Shown: positions 40,501-53,500 of the stretch, one piece after another
How the letters are laid out: each line of letters opens with the position of its first letter
Position numbering within the stretch: position 1 is the stretch's first letter
Source: the human T2T-CHM13v2.0 reference genome, Homo sapiens
DNA length: 64,000 bases
Assembly: GCF_009914755.1 (NCBI RefSeq)
Contig: NC_060925.1
Strand: one strand, 5' to 3'
The notes under the pieces: model-generated
What the model was told of the DNA's origin: nothing
The model's database searches: none
The model's input: the letters and a program-made list of their open reading frames with translations, nothing else
Made by a program: the position numbers and the translations under genes

Positions 40501-43500
40501 GTCAATGGTAGAATAGGAAATATCTTCCTATAGAAACAAGACAGAATGATTCTCATAAACTCCTTTGTGATGTGTGCATTCAACTCACAGAGTTTCACCT
40601 TTCTTTTCATAGAGCAGTTAGGAAACACTCTGTTTGTAAAGTCTGCAAGTGGATATTCAGACCTCCTTGAGGCCTTCGTTGGAAACGGGATTTCTTCATA
40701 TTCTGCTAGACAGAAGAATTCTCAGTAACTTCCTTGTGTTGTGTGTATTCAACTCACAGAGTTGAACGATCCTTTACACAGAGCAGACTTGAAACACTCT
40801 TTTTGTGGAATTTGCAAGTGGAGATTTCAGCCGCTTTGAGGTCAATGGTAGAAAAGGAAACTATCTTCGTATAAAGACTAGACAGAATGATTCTCAGAAA
40901 ATCCTTTGTGATGTGTGCGTTCAACTCACAGAGTTTAACTTTTCTTTTCATAGAGCAGTTAGGAAACACTCTGTTTGTAAAGTCTGCAAGTGGATATTCA
41001 GACCTCTTTGAGGCCTTCGTTGGAAACGGGATTTCTTCATATTCTGCTAGACAGAAGAATTCTCAGTAACTTCCTTGTGTTGTGTGTATTCAACTCACAG
41101 AGTTGAACGATCCTTTACACAGAGCAGACTTGAAACACTCTTTTTGTGGAATTTGCAAGTGGAGGTTTCATCCACTTTGAGGTCAATTGTAGAAAAGGAA
41201 ATATCTTCGTAGAAAAACTAGACAGAATGATTCTCAGAAAGTCCTTTGTGATGTGTGTGTTCAACTCACAGAGTTTAACCTTTCTTTTCATAGAGCAGTT
41301 AGTAAACACTCTGTTTATAAAGTCTGCAAGTGGATAATCAGACCCCTTTGAGGCCTTCGTTGGAAACGGGATTTCTTCATATTATGCTAGACAGAAGAAT
41401 TCTCAGTAACTTCCTTGTGTTGTGTGTATTCAACTGACAGAGTTGAACTTTCATTTAGAGAGAGCAGATTTGAAATACTGTTTTTGTGGAATTTGCAAGT
41501 GGAGATTTCAAACGCTTTGGGGCCAAAGGCAGAAAAGGAAATATCTTCGTATGAAAACTAGACAGAATCATTCTCAGAAACTGCTGTGTGATGTGTGCGT
41601 TCAACTCTCAGAGTTTAACTTTTCTTTTCATTCAGCGGTTTGGAAACACTCTGTTTGTAAAGTCTGCACGTGGATATTTTGACCACTTAGAGGCCTTCGT
41701 TGGAAACGGGATTTTTTCATGTAAGGCTAGACAGAAGAATTCCCAGTAACTTCCTTGTGTTGTGTGCATTCAACTCACAGAGTTGAACGTTCCCTTAGAC
41801 AGAGCAGATTTGAAACACTCTATTTGTGCAATTTGCAAGTGTAGATTTCAAGCGCTTTAAGGTGAATGGCAGAAAAGGAAATATCTTCGTTTCAAAACTA
41901 GACAGAATCATTCCCACAAACTGCGTTGTGATGTGTTCGTTCAACTCACAGAGTTTAACCTTTCTGTTCATAGAGCAGTTAGGAAACACTCTGTTTGTAA
42001 AGTCTGTAAGTGGATATTCTGACATCTTGTGGCCTTCGTTGGAAACGGGATTTCTTCATATTCTGCTAGACAGAAGAATTCTCAGTAACTTCCTTGTGTT
42101 GTGTGTATTCAACTCACAGAGTTGAACGATCCTTTACACAGAGCGGACTTGAAACACTCTTTTTGTGGAATTTGCAAGTGGAGATTTTAGCCGATTTGAG
42201 GTCAATGGTAGAATAGGAAATATCTTCCTATAGAAACTAGACAGAATGATTCTCATAAACTCCTTTGTGATGTGTACATTCAACTCACAGAGTTTCACCT
42301 TTCTTTTCATAGAGCAGTTAGGAAACACTCTGTTTGTAAAGTCTGCAAGTGGATATTCAGACCTCCTTGAGGCCTTCGTTGGAAACGGGATTTCTTCATA
42401 TTCTGCTAGACAGAAGAATTCTCAGTAACTTCCTTGTGTTGTGTGTATTCAACTCACAGAGTTGAACGATCCTTTACACAGAGCAGACTTGAAACACTCT
42501 TTTTGTGGAATTTGCAAGTGGAGATTTCAGCCGCTTTGAGGTCAATGGTAGAAAAGGAAACTATCTTCGTATAAAGACTAGACAGAATGATTCTCAGAAA
42601 ATCCTTTGTGATGTGTGCGTTCAACTCACAGAGTTTAACTTTTCTTTTCATAGAGCAGTTAGGAAACACTCTGTTTGTAAAGTCTGCAAGTGGATATTCA
42701 GACCTCTTTGAGGCCTTCGTTGGAAACGTTATTTCTTCATATTATGCTAGACAGAATAATTCTCAGTAACTTCCTTGTGTTGTGTGTATTCAACTCACAG
42801 AGTTGAACGATCCTTTACACAGAGCAGACTTGAAACACTCTTTTTGTGGAATTTGCAAGTGGAGATTTCAGCCACTTTGAGGTCAATAGTAGAAAAGGAA
42901 ATATCTTCGTAGAAAAACTAGACAGAATGATTCTCAGAAAGTCCTTTGTGATGTGTGTGTTCAAATCACAGAGTTTAACCTTTCTTTTCATAGAGCAGTT
43001 AGTAAACACTCTGTTTATAAAGTCTGCAAGTGGATAATCAGACCCCTTTGAGGCCTTCGTTGGAAACGGGATTTCCTCATATTATGCTAGACAGAAGAAT
43101 TCTCAGTAACTTCCTTGTGTTGTGTGTATTCAACTGACAGAGTTGAACTTTCATTTAGAGAGAGCAGATTTGAAATACTGTTTTTGTGGAATTTGCAAGT
43201 GGAGATTTCAAACGCTTTGGGGCCAAAGGCAGAAAAGGAAATATCTTCGTATGAAAACTAGACAGAATCATTCTCAGAAACTGCTGTGTGATGTGTGCGT
43301 TCAACTCTCAGAGTTTAACTTTTCTTTTCATTCAGCGGTTTGGAAACACTCTGTTTGTAAAGTCTGCACGTGGATATTTTGACCACTTAGAGGCCTTCGT
43401 TGGAAACGGGATTTTTTCATGTAAGGCTAGACAGAAGAATTCCCAGTAACTTCCTTGTGTTGTGTGCATTCAACTCACAGAGTTGAACGTTCCCTTAGAC

Positions 43501-43740
43501 AGAGCAGATTTGAAACACTCTATTTGTGCAATTTGCAAGTGTAGATTTCAAGCGCTTTAAGGTCAATGGCAGAAAAGGAAATACCTTCGTTTCAAAACTA
43601 GACAGAATCATTCCCACAAACTGCGTTGTGATGTGTTCGTTCAACTCACAGAGTTTAACCTTTCTGTTCATAGAGCAGTTAGGAAACACTCTGTTTGTAA
43701 AGTCTGTAAGTGGATATTCTGACATCTTGTGGCCTTCGTT
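34600..43740 (+). repeat. Dispersed copy of the ~11500-20960 block (offset 23119, then 22778 after loss of one 341 bp dimer)
   Basis: Dimer order and rare variants are collinear: gactctcata, agcaggtag, gaacagactt, gaccactttg, tgacgtcttg, gaagccttcga, ggaggtttc, aaggtgaatg. Confidence 0.85.
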
Positions 43741-44500
43741 GGAAACGGGATTTCTTCATATTCTGCTAGACAGAAGAATTCTCAGTAACTTCCTTGTGTT
43801 GTGTGTATTCAACTCACAGAGTTGAACGATCCTTTACACAGAGCGGACTTGAAACACTCTTTTTGTGGAATTTGCAAGTGGAGATTTTAGCCGATTTGAG
43901 GTCAATGGTAGAATAGGAAATATCTTCCTATAGAAACTAGACAGAATGATTCTCATAAACTCCTTTGTGATGTGTGCATTCAACTCACAGAGTTTCACCT
44001 TTCTTTTCATAGAGCAGTTAGGAAACACTCTGTTTGTAAAGTCTGCAAGTGGATATTCAGACCTCCTTGAGGCCTTCGTTGGAAACGGGATTTCTTCATA
44101 TTCTGCTAGACAGAAGAATTCTCAGTAACTTCCTTGTGTTGTGTGTATTCAACTCACAGAGTTGAACGATCCTTTACAAAGAGCAGACTTGAAAAACTCT
44201 TTTTGTGGAATTTGCAAGTGGAGATTTCAGCCGCTTTGAGGTCAATGGTAGAAAAGGAAACTATCTTCGTATAAAGACTAGACAGAATGATTCTCAGAAA
44301 ATCCTTTGTGATGTGTGCGTTCAACTCACAGAGTTTAACTTTTCTTTTCATAGAGCAGTTAGGAAACACTCTGTTTGTAAAGTCTGCAAGTGCATATTCA
44401 GACCTCTTTGAGGCCTTCGTTGGAAACGTTATTTCTTCATATTATGCTAGACAGAATAATTCTCAGTAACTTCCTTGTGTTGTGTGTATTCAACTCACAG
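39700..44500 (+). repeat. Second run of 1700 bp (10-monomer) higher-order units
   Basis: X markers at 39722, 41422 and 43122 and 341 bp dimers at 40805, 42505 and 44205. Confidence 0.8.
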
Positions 44501-47500
44501 AGTTGAACGATCCTTTACACAGAGCAGACTTGAAACACTCTTTTTGTGGAATTTGCAAGTGGAGATTTCAGCCACTTTGAGGTCAATGGTAGAATAGGAA
44601 ATATCTTCCTATAGAAACTAGACAGAATGATTCTCAGAAACTCCTTTGTGATGTGTGCGTTCAACTCACAGAATTTAACATTTCTTTTCATAGAGCAGTT
44701 AGGAAACACTCTGTTTGTAAAGTCTGCAAGTGGATATTCAGACCTCTTTGAGGCCTTCGTTGGAAACGGGATTTCTTCATATTCTGCTAGACAGAAGAAT
44801 TCTCAGTAACTTCCTTGTGTTGTGTGTATTCAACTCACAGAGTTGAACGATCCTTTACAGAGAGCAGACTTTAAACACTCTTTTTGTGGAATTTGCAAGT
44901 GGAGATTTCAGCCGCTTTGAGGTCAATGGTAGAAAAGGAAACTATCTTCGTATAAAGACTAGACAGAATGATTCTCAGAAAATCCTTTGTGATGTGTGCG
45001 TTCAACTCACAGAGTTTAACTTTTCTTTTCATAGAGCAGTTAGGAAACACTCTGTTTGTAAAGTCTGCAAGTGGATATTCAGACCTCTTTGAGGCCTTCG
45101 TTGGAAACGGGATTTCTTCATATTCTGCTAGACAGAAGAATTCTCAGTAACTTCCTTGTGTTGTGTGTATTCAACTCACAGAGTTGAACGATCCTTTACA
45201 CAGAGCAGACTTGAAACACTCTTTTTGTGGAATTTGCAAGTGGAGATTTCATCCACTTTGAGGTCAATAGTAGAAAAGGAAATATCTTCGTAGAAAAACT
45301 AGACAGAATGATTCTCAGAAAGTCCTTTGTGATGTGTGCGTTCAACTCACAGAGTTTAACTTTTCTTTTCATAGAGCAGTTAGGAAACACTCTGTTTGTA
45401 AAGTCTGCAAGTGGATATTCAGACCCTTTTGAGGCCTTCGTTGGAAACGGGATTTCTTCATATTATGCTAGACAGAAGAATTCTCAGTAACTTCCTTGTG
45501 TTGTGTTTATTCAACTGACAGAGTTGAACTTTCATTTAGAGAGAGCAGATTTGAAACACTGTTTTTGTGGAATTTGCAAGTGGAGATTTCAAGCGCTTTG
45601 GGGCCAAAGGCAGAAAAGGAAATATCTTCGTATAAAAACTAGACAGAATGATTCTCAGAAACTGCTGCGTGATGTGTGCGTTCAACTCTCAGAGTTTAAC
45701 TTTTCTTTTCATTCAGCGGTTTGGAAACACTCTGTTTGTAAAGTCTGCACGTGGATATTTTGACCACTTAGAGGCCTTCGTTGGAAACGGGTATTTTTCA
45801 TGTAAGGCTAGACAGAAGAATTCCCAGTAAATTCCTTGTGTTGTGTGCATTCAACTCACACAGTTGAACGTTCCCTTAGACAGAGCAGATTTGAAACACT
45901 CTATTTGTGCAATTTGCAAGTGTAGATTTCAAGCGCTTTATGGTCAATGGCAGAAAAGGGAATATCTTCGTTTCAAAACTAGACAGAATCATTCCCACAA
46001 ACTGGGTTGTGATGTGTTCGTTCAACTCACAGAGTTTAACCTTTCTGTTCATAGAGCAGTTAGGAAACACTCTGTTTGTAAAGTCTGTAAGTGGATATTC
46101 TGACTTCTTGTGGCCTTCGTTGGAAACGGGATTTCTTCATATTCTGCTAGACAGAAGAATTCTCAGTAACTTCCTTGTGTTGTGTGTATTCAACTCACAG
46201 AGTTGCACGATCCTTTACACAGAGCAGACTTGAAACACTCTTTTTGTGGAATTTGCAAGTGGAGATTTCAGCCACTTTGAGGTCAATGGTAGAATAGGAA
46301 ATATCTTCCTATAGAAACTAGACAGAATGATTCTCAGAAACTCCTTTGTGATGTGTGCGTTCAACTCACAGAATTTAACATTTCTTTTCATAGAGCAGTT
46401 AGGAAACACTCTGTTTGTAAAGTCTGTAAGTGGATATTCAGACCTCTTTGAGGCCTTCGTTGGAAACGGGATTTCTTCGTATTCTGCTAGACAGAACAAT
46501 TCTCAGTAACTTCCTTGTGTTGTGTGTATTCAACTCACAGAGTTGAACGATCCTTTACAGAGAGCAGACTTGAAACACTCTTTTTGTGGAATTTGCAAGT
46601 GGAGATTTCAGCCGCTTTGAGGTCAATGGTAGAATATGAAATATCTTCGTAGAAAAACTAGACAGAATGATTCTCAGAAAATCCTTTGTGATGTGTGCGT
46701 TCAACTCACAGAGTTTAACTTTTCTTTTCATAGAGCAGTTTGGAAACACTCTGTTTGTAAAGTCTGCAAGTGGATATTCAGACCTCTTTGAGGCCTTCGT
46801 TGGAAACGTTATTTCTTCATATTATGCTAGACAGAATAATTCTCAGTAACTTCCTTGTGTTGTGTGTATTCAACTCACAGAGTTGAACGATCCTTTACAC
46901 AGAGCAGACTTGAAACACTCTTTTTGTGGAATTTGCAAGTGGAGATTTCAGCCGATTTGAGGTCAATGGTAGAATAGGAAATATCTTCCTATAGAAACTA
47001 GACAGAATGATTCTCAGAAACTCCTTTGTGATGTGTGCGTTCAACTCACAGAATTTAACGTTTCTTTTCATAGAGCAGTTAGGAAACACTCTGTTTGTAA
47101 AGTCTGCAAGTGGATATTCAGACCTCTTTGAGGCCTTCGTTGGAAACGGGATTTCTTCATATTCTGCTAGACGGAAGAATTCTCAGTAACTTCCTTGTGT
47201 TGTGTGTATTCAACTCACAGAGTTGAACGATCCTTTACAGAGAGCAGACTTGAAACACTCTTTTTGTGGAATTTGCAAGTGGAGATTTCAGCCGCTTTGA
47301 GGTCAATGGTAGAATAGGAAATATCTTCGTAGAAAAACTAGACAGAATGATTCTCAGAAAATCCTTTGTGATGTGTGCGTTCAACTCACAGAGTTTAACT
47401 TTTCTTTTCATAGAGCAGTTAGGAAACACTCTGTTTGTAAAGTCTGCAAGTGGATATTCAGACCTCTTTGAGGCCTTCGTTGGAAACGGGATTTCTTCAT

Positions 47501-50500
47501 ATTCTGCTAGACAGAAGAATTCTCAGTAACTTCCTTGTGTTGTGTGTATTCAACTCACACAGTTGAACGATCCTTTACACAGAGCAGACTTGAAACACTC
47601 TTTTTGTGGAATTTGAAGTGGAGATTTCAGCCGCTTTGAGGTCAATAGTAGAAAAGGAAATATCTTCGTAGAAAAACTAGACAGAATGATTCTCAGAAAC
47701 TCCTTTGTGATGTGTGTTTTCAACTCACAGAGTTTAACCTTTCTTTTCATAGAGCAGTTAGTAAACACTCTGTTTATAAAGTCTGCAAGTGGATATTCAG
47801 ACCCCTTTGAGGCCTTCGTTGGAAACGGGATTTCTTCATATTATGCTAGACAGAAGAATTCTCAGTAACTTCCTTGTGTTGTGTGTATTCAACTCACAGA
47901 GTTGAACTTTCATTTAGAGAGAGCAGATTTGAAACACTGTTTTTGTGGAATTTGCAAGTGGAGATTTCAAGCGCTTTGGGGCCAAAGGCAGAAAAGGAAA
48001 TATCTTCGTATAAAAACTAGACAGAATCATTCTCAGAAACTGCTGCGTGATGTGTGCGTTCAACTCTCAGAGTTTAACTTTTCTTTTCATTCAGCGGTTT
48101 GGAAACACTCTGTTTGTAAAGTCTGCACGTGGATATTTTGACCACTTAGAGGCCTTCGTTGGAAACGGGTTTTTTTCATGTAAGGCTAGACAGAAGAATT
48201 CCCAGTAACTTCCTTGTGTTGTGTGCATTCAACTCACAGAGTTGAACGTTCCCTTAGACAGAGCAGATTTGAAACACTCTATTTGTGCAATTTGCAAGCG
48301 TAGATTTCAAGCGCTTTAAGGTCAATGGCAGAAAAGGAAATATCTTCGTTTCAAAACTAGACAGAATCATTCCCACAAACTGCGTTGTGATGTGTGCGTT
48401 CAACTCACAGAGTTTAACTTTTCTTTTCATAGAGCAGTTAGGAAACACTCTGTTTGTAAAGTCTGCAAGTGGATATTCAGACCTCTTTGAGGCCTTCGTT
48501 GGAAACGGGATTTCTTCATATTCTGCTAGACAGAATAATTCTCAGTAACTTCCTTGTGTTGTGTGTATTCAACTCACAGAGTTGAATGATCCTTTACAGA
48601 GAGCAGACTTGAAACATTCTTTTTGTGGAATTTGCAAGTGGAGATTTCAGCCGCTTTGAGGTCAATGGTAGAAAAGGAAATATCTTCGTATAAAGACTAG
48701 ACAGAATGATTCTCAGAAACTCCTTTGTGATGTGTGCGTTCAACTCACAGAGTTTAACTTTTCTTTTCATAGAGCAGTTAGGAAACACTCTGTTTGTAAA
48801 GTCTGCAAGTGGATATTCAGACCTCTTTGAGGCCTTCGTTGGAAACGGGATTTCTTCGTATTCTGCTAGACAGAAGAATTCTCAGTAACTTCCTTGTGTT
48901 GTGTGTATTCAACTCACAGAGTTGAAAGATCCTTTACAGAGAGCAGACTTGAAACCTCTTTTTGTGGAATTTGCAAGTGGAGATTTCAGCCGCTTTGAGG
49001 TCAATGGTAGAATAGGAAATATCTTCCTATAGAAACTAGACAGAATGATTATCAGAAACTCCTTTGTGATGTGTACGTTCAACTCACAGAGTTTAACCTT
49101 TCTTTTCATAGAGCAGTTAGGAAACACTCTGTTTGTAAAGTCTGCAAGTGGATATTCAGACCTCTTTGAGGCCTTCGTTGGAAACGGGATTTCTTCATAT
49201 TCTGCTAGACAGAAGAATTCTCAGTAACTTCCTTGTGTTGTGTGTATTCAACTCACAGAGTTGAACGATCCTTTACACAGAGCAGACTTGAAACACTCTT
49301 TTTGTGGAATTTGCAACTGTAGATTTCAAGCGCTTTAAGGTCAATGGCAGAAAAGGAAATATCTTCGTTTCAAAACTAGACAGAATCATTCCCACAAACT
49401 GCGTTGTGATGTGTTCGTTCAACTCACAGAGTTTAACCTTTCTGTTCATAGAGCAGTTAGGAAACACTCAGTTTCTAAAGTCTGTAAGTGGATATTCTGA
49501 CATCTTGTGGCCTTCGTTGGAAACGGGATTTCTTCATATTCTGCTAGACAGAAGAATTCTCAGTAACTTCCTTGTGTTGTGTGTATTCAACTCACAGAGT
49601 TGCACGATCCTTTACACAGAGCGGACTTGAAACACTCTTTTTGTGGAATTTGCAAGTGGAGATTTTAGCCGATTTGAGGTCAATGGTAGAATAGGAAATA
49701 TCTTCCTATAGAAACTAGACAGAATGATTCTCATAAACTCCTTTGTGATGTGTGCATTCAACTCACAGAGTTTCACCTCTCTTTTCATAGAGCAGTTAGG
49801 AAACACTCTGTTTGTAAAGTCTGCAAGTGGATATTCAGACCTCCTTGAGGCCTTCGTTGGAAACGGGATTTCTTCATATTCTGCTAGACAGAAGAATTCT
49901 CAGTAACTTCCTTGTGTTGTGTGTATTCAACTCACAGAGTTGAACGATCCTTTACACAGAGCAGACTTGAAACACTCTTTTTGTGGAATTTGCAAGTGGA
50001 GATTTCAGCCGCTTTGAGGTCAATGGTAGAAAAGGAAACTATCTTCGTATAAAGACTAGACAGAATGATTCTCAGAAAATCCTTTGTGATGTGTGCGTTC
50101 AACTCACAGAGTTTAACTTTTCTTTTCATAGAGCAGTTAGGAAACACTCTGTTTGTAAAGTCTGCAAGTGGATATTCAGACCTCTTTGAGGCCTTCGTTG
50201 GAAACGTTATTTCTTCATATTATGCTAGACAGAATAATTGTCAGTAACTTCCTTGTGTTGTGTGTATTCAACTCACAGAGTTGAACGATCCTTTACACAG
50301 AGCAGACTTGAAACACTCTTTTTGTGGAATTTGCAAGTGGAGATTTCAGCCACTTTGAGGTCAATGGTAGAATAGGAAATATCTTCCTATAGAAACTAGA
50401 CAGAATGATTCTCAGAAACTCCTTTGTGATGTGTGCGTTCAATTCACAGAATTTAACATTTCTTTTCATAGAGCAGTTAGGAAACACTCTGTTTGTAAAG

Positions 50501-53500
50501 TCTGCAAGTGGATATTCAGACCTCTTTGAGGCCTTCGTTGGAAACGGGATTTCTTCATATTCTGCTAGACAGAAGAATTCTCAGTAACTTCCTTTTGTTG
50601 TGTGTATTCAACTCACAGAGTTGAACGATCCTTTACACAGAGCAGACTTGAAACACTCTTTTTGTGGAATTTCCAAGTGGAGATTTCAGCCGCTTTGAGG
50701 TCAATGGTAGAATAGGAAATATCTTCGTAGAAAAACTAGACAGAATGATTCTCAGAAACTCCTTTGTGATGTGTGCGTTCAACTCACAGAGTTTAACTTT
50801 TCTTTTCATAGAGCAGTTAGGAAACACTCTGTTTGTAAAGTCTGCAAGTGGATATTCAGACCCTTTTGAGGCCTTCGTTGGAAACGGGATTTCTTCATAT
50901 TATGCTAGACAGAAGAATTCTCAGTAACTTCCTTGTGTTGTGTTTATTCAACTGACAGAGTTGAACTTTCATTTAGAGAGAGCAGATTTGAAACACTGTT
51001 TTTGTGGAATTTGCAAGTGGAGATTTCAAGCGCTTTGGGGCCAAAGGCAGAAAACGAAATATCTTCGTATAAAAACTAGACAGAATCATTCTCAGAAACT
51101 GCTGCGTGATGTGTGCGTTCAACTCTCAGAGTTTAACTTTTCTTTTCATTCAGCGGTTTGGAAACACTCTGTTTGTAAAGTCTGCACGTGGATATTTTGA
51201 CCACTTAGAGGCCTTCGTTGGAAACGGGTTTTTTGCATGTAAGGCTAGACAGAAGAATTCCCAGTAACTTCCTTGTGTTGTGTGCATTCAACTCACAGAG
51301 TTGAACGTTCCCTTAGACAGAGCAGATTTGAAACACTCTATTTGTGCAATTTGCAAGCGTAGATTTCAAGCGCTTTAAGGTCAATGGCAGAAAAGGAAAT
51401 ATCTTCGTTTCAAAACTAGACAGAATCATTCCCACAAACTGCGTTGTGATGTGTTCGTTCAACTCACAGAGTTTAACCTTTCTGTTCATAGAGCAGTTAG
51501 GAAACACTCTGTTGTAAAGTCTGTAAGTGGATATTCTGACATCTTGTGGCCTTCGTTGGAAACGGGATTTCTTCATATTCTGCTAGACAGAAGAATTCTC
51601 AGTAACTTCCTTGTGTTGTGTGTATTCAACTCACAGAGTTGAACGATCCTTTACAGAGAGCAGACTTGAAACACTCTTTTTGTGGAATTTGCAAGTGGAG
51701 ATTTCAGCCGCTTTGAGGTCAATGGTAGAAAAGGAAACTATCTTCGTATAAAGACTAGACAGAATGATTCTCAGAAACTCCTTTGTGATGTGTGCGTTCA
51801 ACTCACAGAGTTTAACTTTTCTTTTCATAGAGCAGTTAGGAAACACTCTGTTTGTAAAGTCTGCAAGTGGATATTCAGACCTCTTTGAGGCCTTCGTTGG
51901 AAACGGGATTTCTTCATATTCTGCTAGACAGAAGAATTCTCAGTAACTTCCTTTTGTTGTGTGTATTCAACTCACAGAGTTGAACGATCCTTTACACAGA
52001 GCAGACTTGAAACACTCTTTTTGTGGAATTTGCAAGTGGAGATTTCATCCACTTTGAGGTCAATAGTAGAAAAGGAAATATCTTCGTAGAAAAACTAGAC
52101 AGAATGATTCTCAGAAAGTCCTTTGTGATGTGTGTGTTCAAATCACAGAGTTTAACCTTTCTTTTCATAGAGCAGTTAGTAAACACTCTGTTTATAAAGT
52201 CTGCAAGTGGATAATCAGACCCCTTTGAGGCCTTCGTTGGAAACGGGATTTCCTCATATTATGCTAGACAGAAGAATTCTCAGTAACTTCCTTGTGTTGT
52301 GTGTATTCAACTGACAGAGTTGAACTTTCATTTAGAGAGAGCAGATTTGAAATACTGTTTTTGTGGAATTTGCAAGTGGAGATTTCAAACGCTTTGGGGC
52401 CAAAGGCAGAAAAGGAAATATCTTCGTATAAAAACTAGACAGAATCATTCTCAGAAACTGCTGTGTGATGTGTGCGTTCAACTCTCAGAGTTTAACTTTT
52501 CTTTTCATTCAGCGGTTTGGAAACACTCTGTTTGTAAAGTCTGCACGTGGATATTTTGACCACTTAGAGGCCTTCGTTGGAAACGGGATTTTTTCATGTA
52601 AGGCTAGACAGAAGAATTCCCAGTAACTTCCTTGTGTTGTGTGCATTCAACTCACAGAGTTGAACGTTCCCTTAGACAGAGCAGATTTGAAACACTCTAT
52701 TTGTGCAATTTGCAAGTGTAGATTTCAAGCGCTTTAAGGTCAATGGCAGAAAAGGAAATATCTTCGTTTCAAAACTAGACAGAATCATTCCCACAAACTG
52801 CGTTGTGATGTGTTCGTTCAACTCACAGAGTTTAACCTTTCTGTTCATAGAGCAGTTAGGAAACACTCTGTTTGTAAAGTCTGTAAGTGGATATTCTGAC
52901 ATCTTGTGGACTTCGTTGGAAACGGGATTTCTTCATATTCTGCTAGACAGAAGAATTCTCAGTAACTTCCTTGTGTTGTGTGTATTCAACTCACAGAGTT
53001 GAACGATCCTTTACACAGAGCGGACTTGAAACACTCTTTTTGTGGAATTTGCAAGTGGAGATTTTAGCCGATTTGAGGTCAATGGTAGAATAGGAAATAT
53101 CTTCCTATAGAAACTAGACAGAATGATTCTCATAAACTCCTTTGTGATGTGTGCATTCAACTCACAGAGTTTCACCTTTCTTTTCATAGAGCAGTTAGGA
53201 AACACTCTGTTTGTAAAGTCTGCAAGTGGATATTCAGACCTCCTTGAGGCCTTCCTTGGAAACGGGATTTCTTCATATTCTGCTAGACAGAAGAATTCTC
53301 AGTAACTTCCTTGTGTTGTGTGTATTCAACTGACAGAGTTGAACTTTCATTTAGAGAGAGCAGATTTGAAACACTGTTTTTGTGGAATTTGCAAGTGGAG
53401 ATTTCAAGCGCTTTGGGGCCAAAGGCAGAAAACGAAATATCTTCGTATAAAAACTAGACAGAATCATTCTCAGAAACTGCTGCGTGATGTGTGCGTTCAA

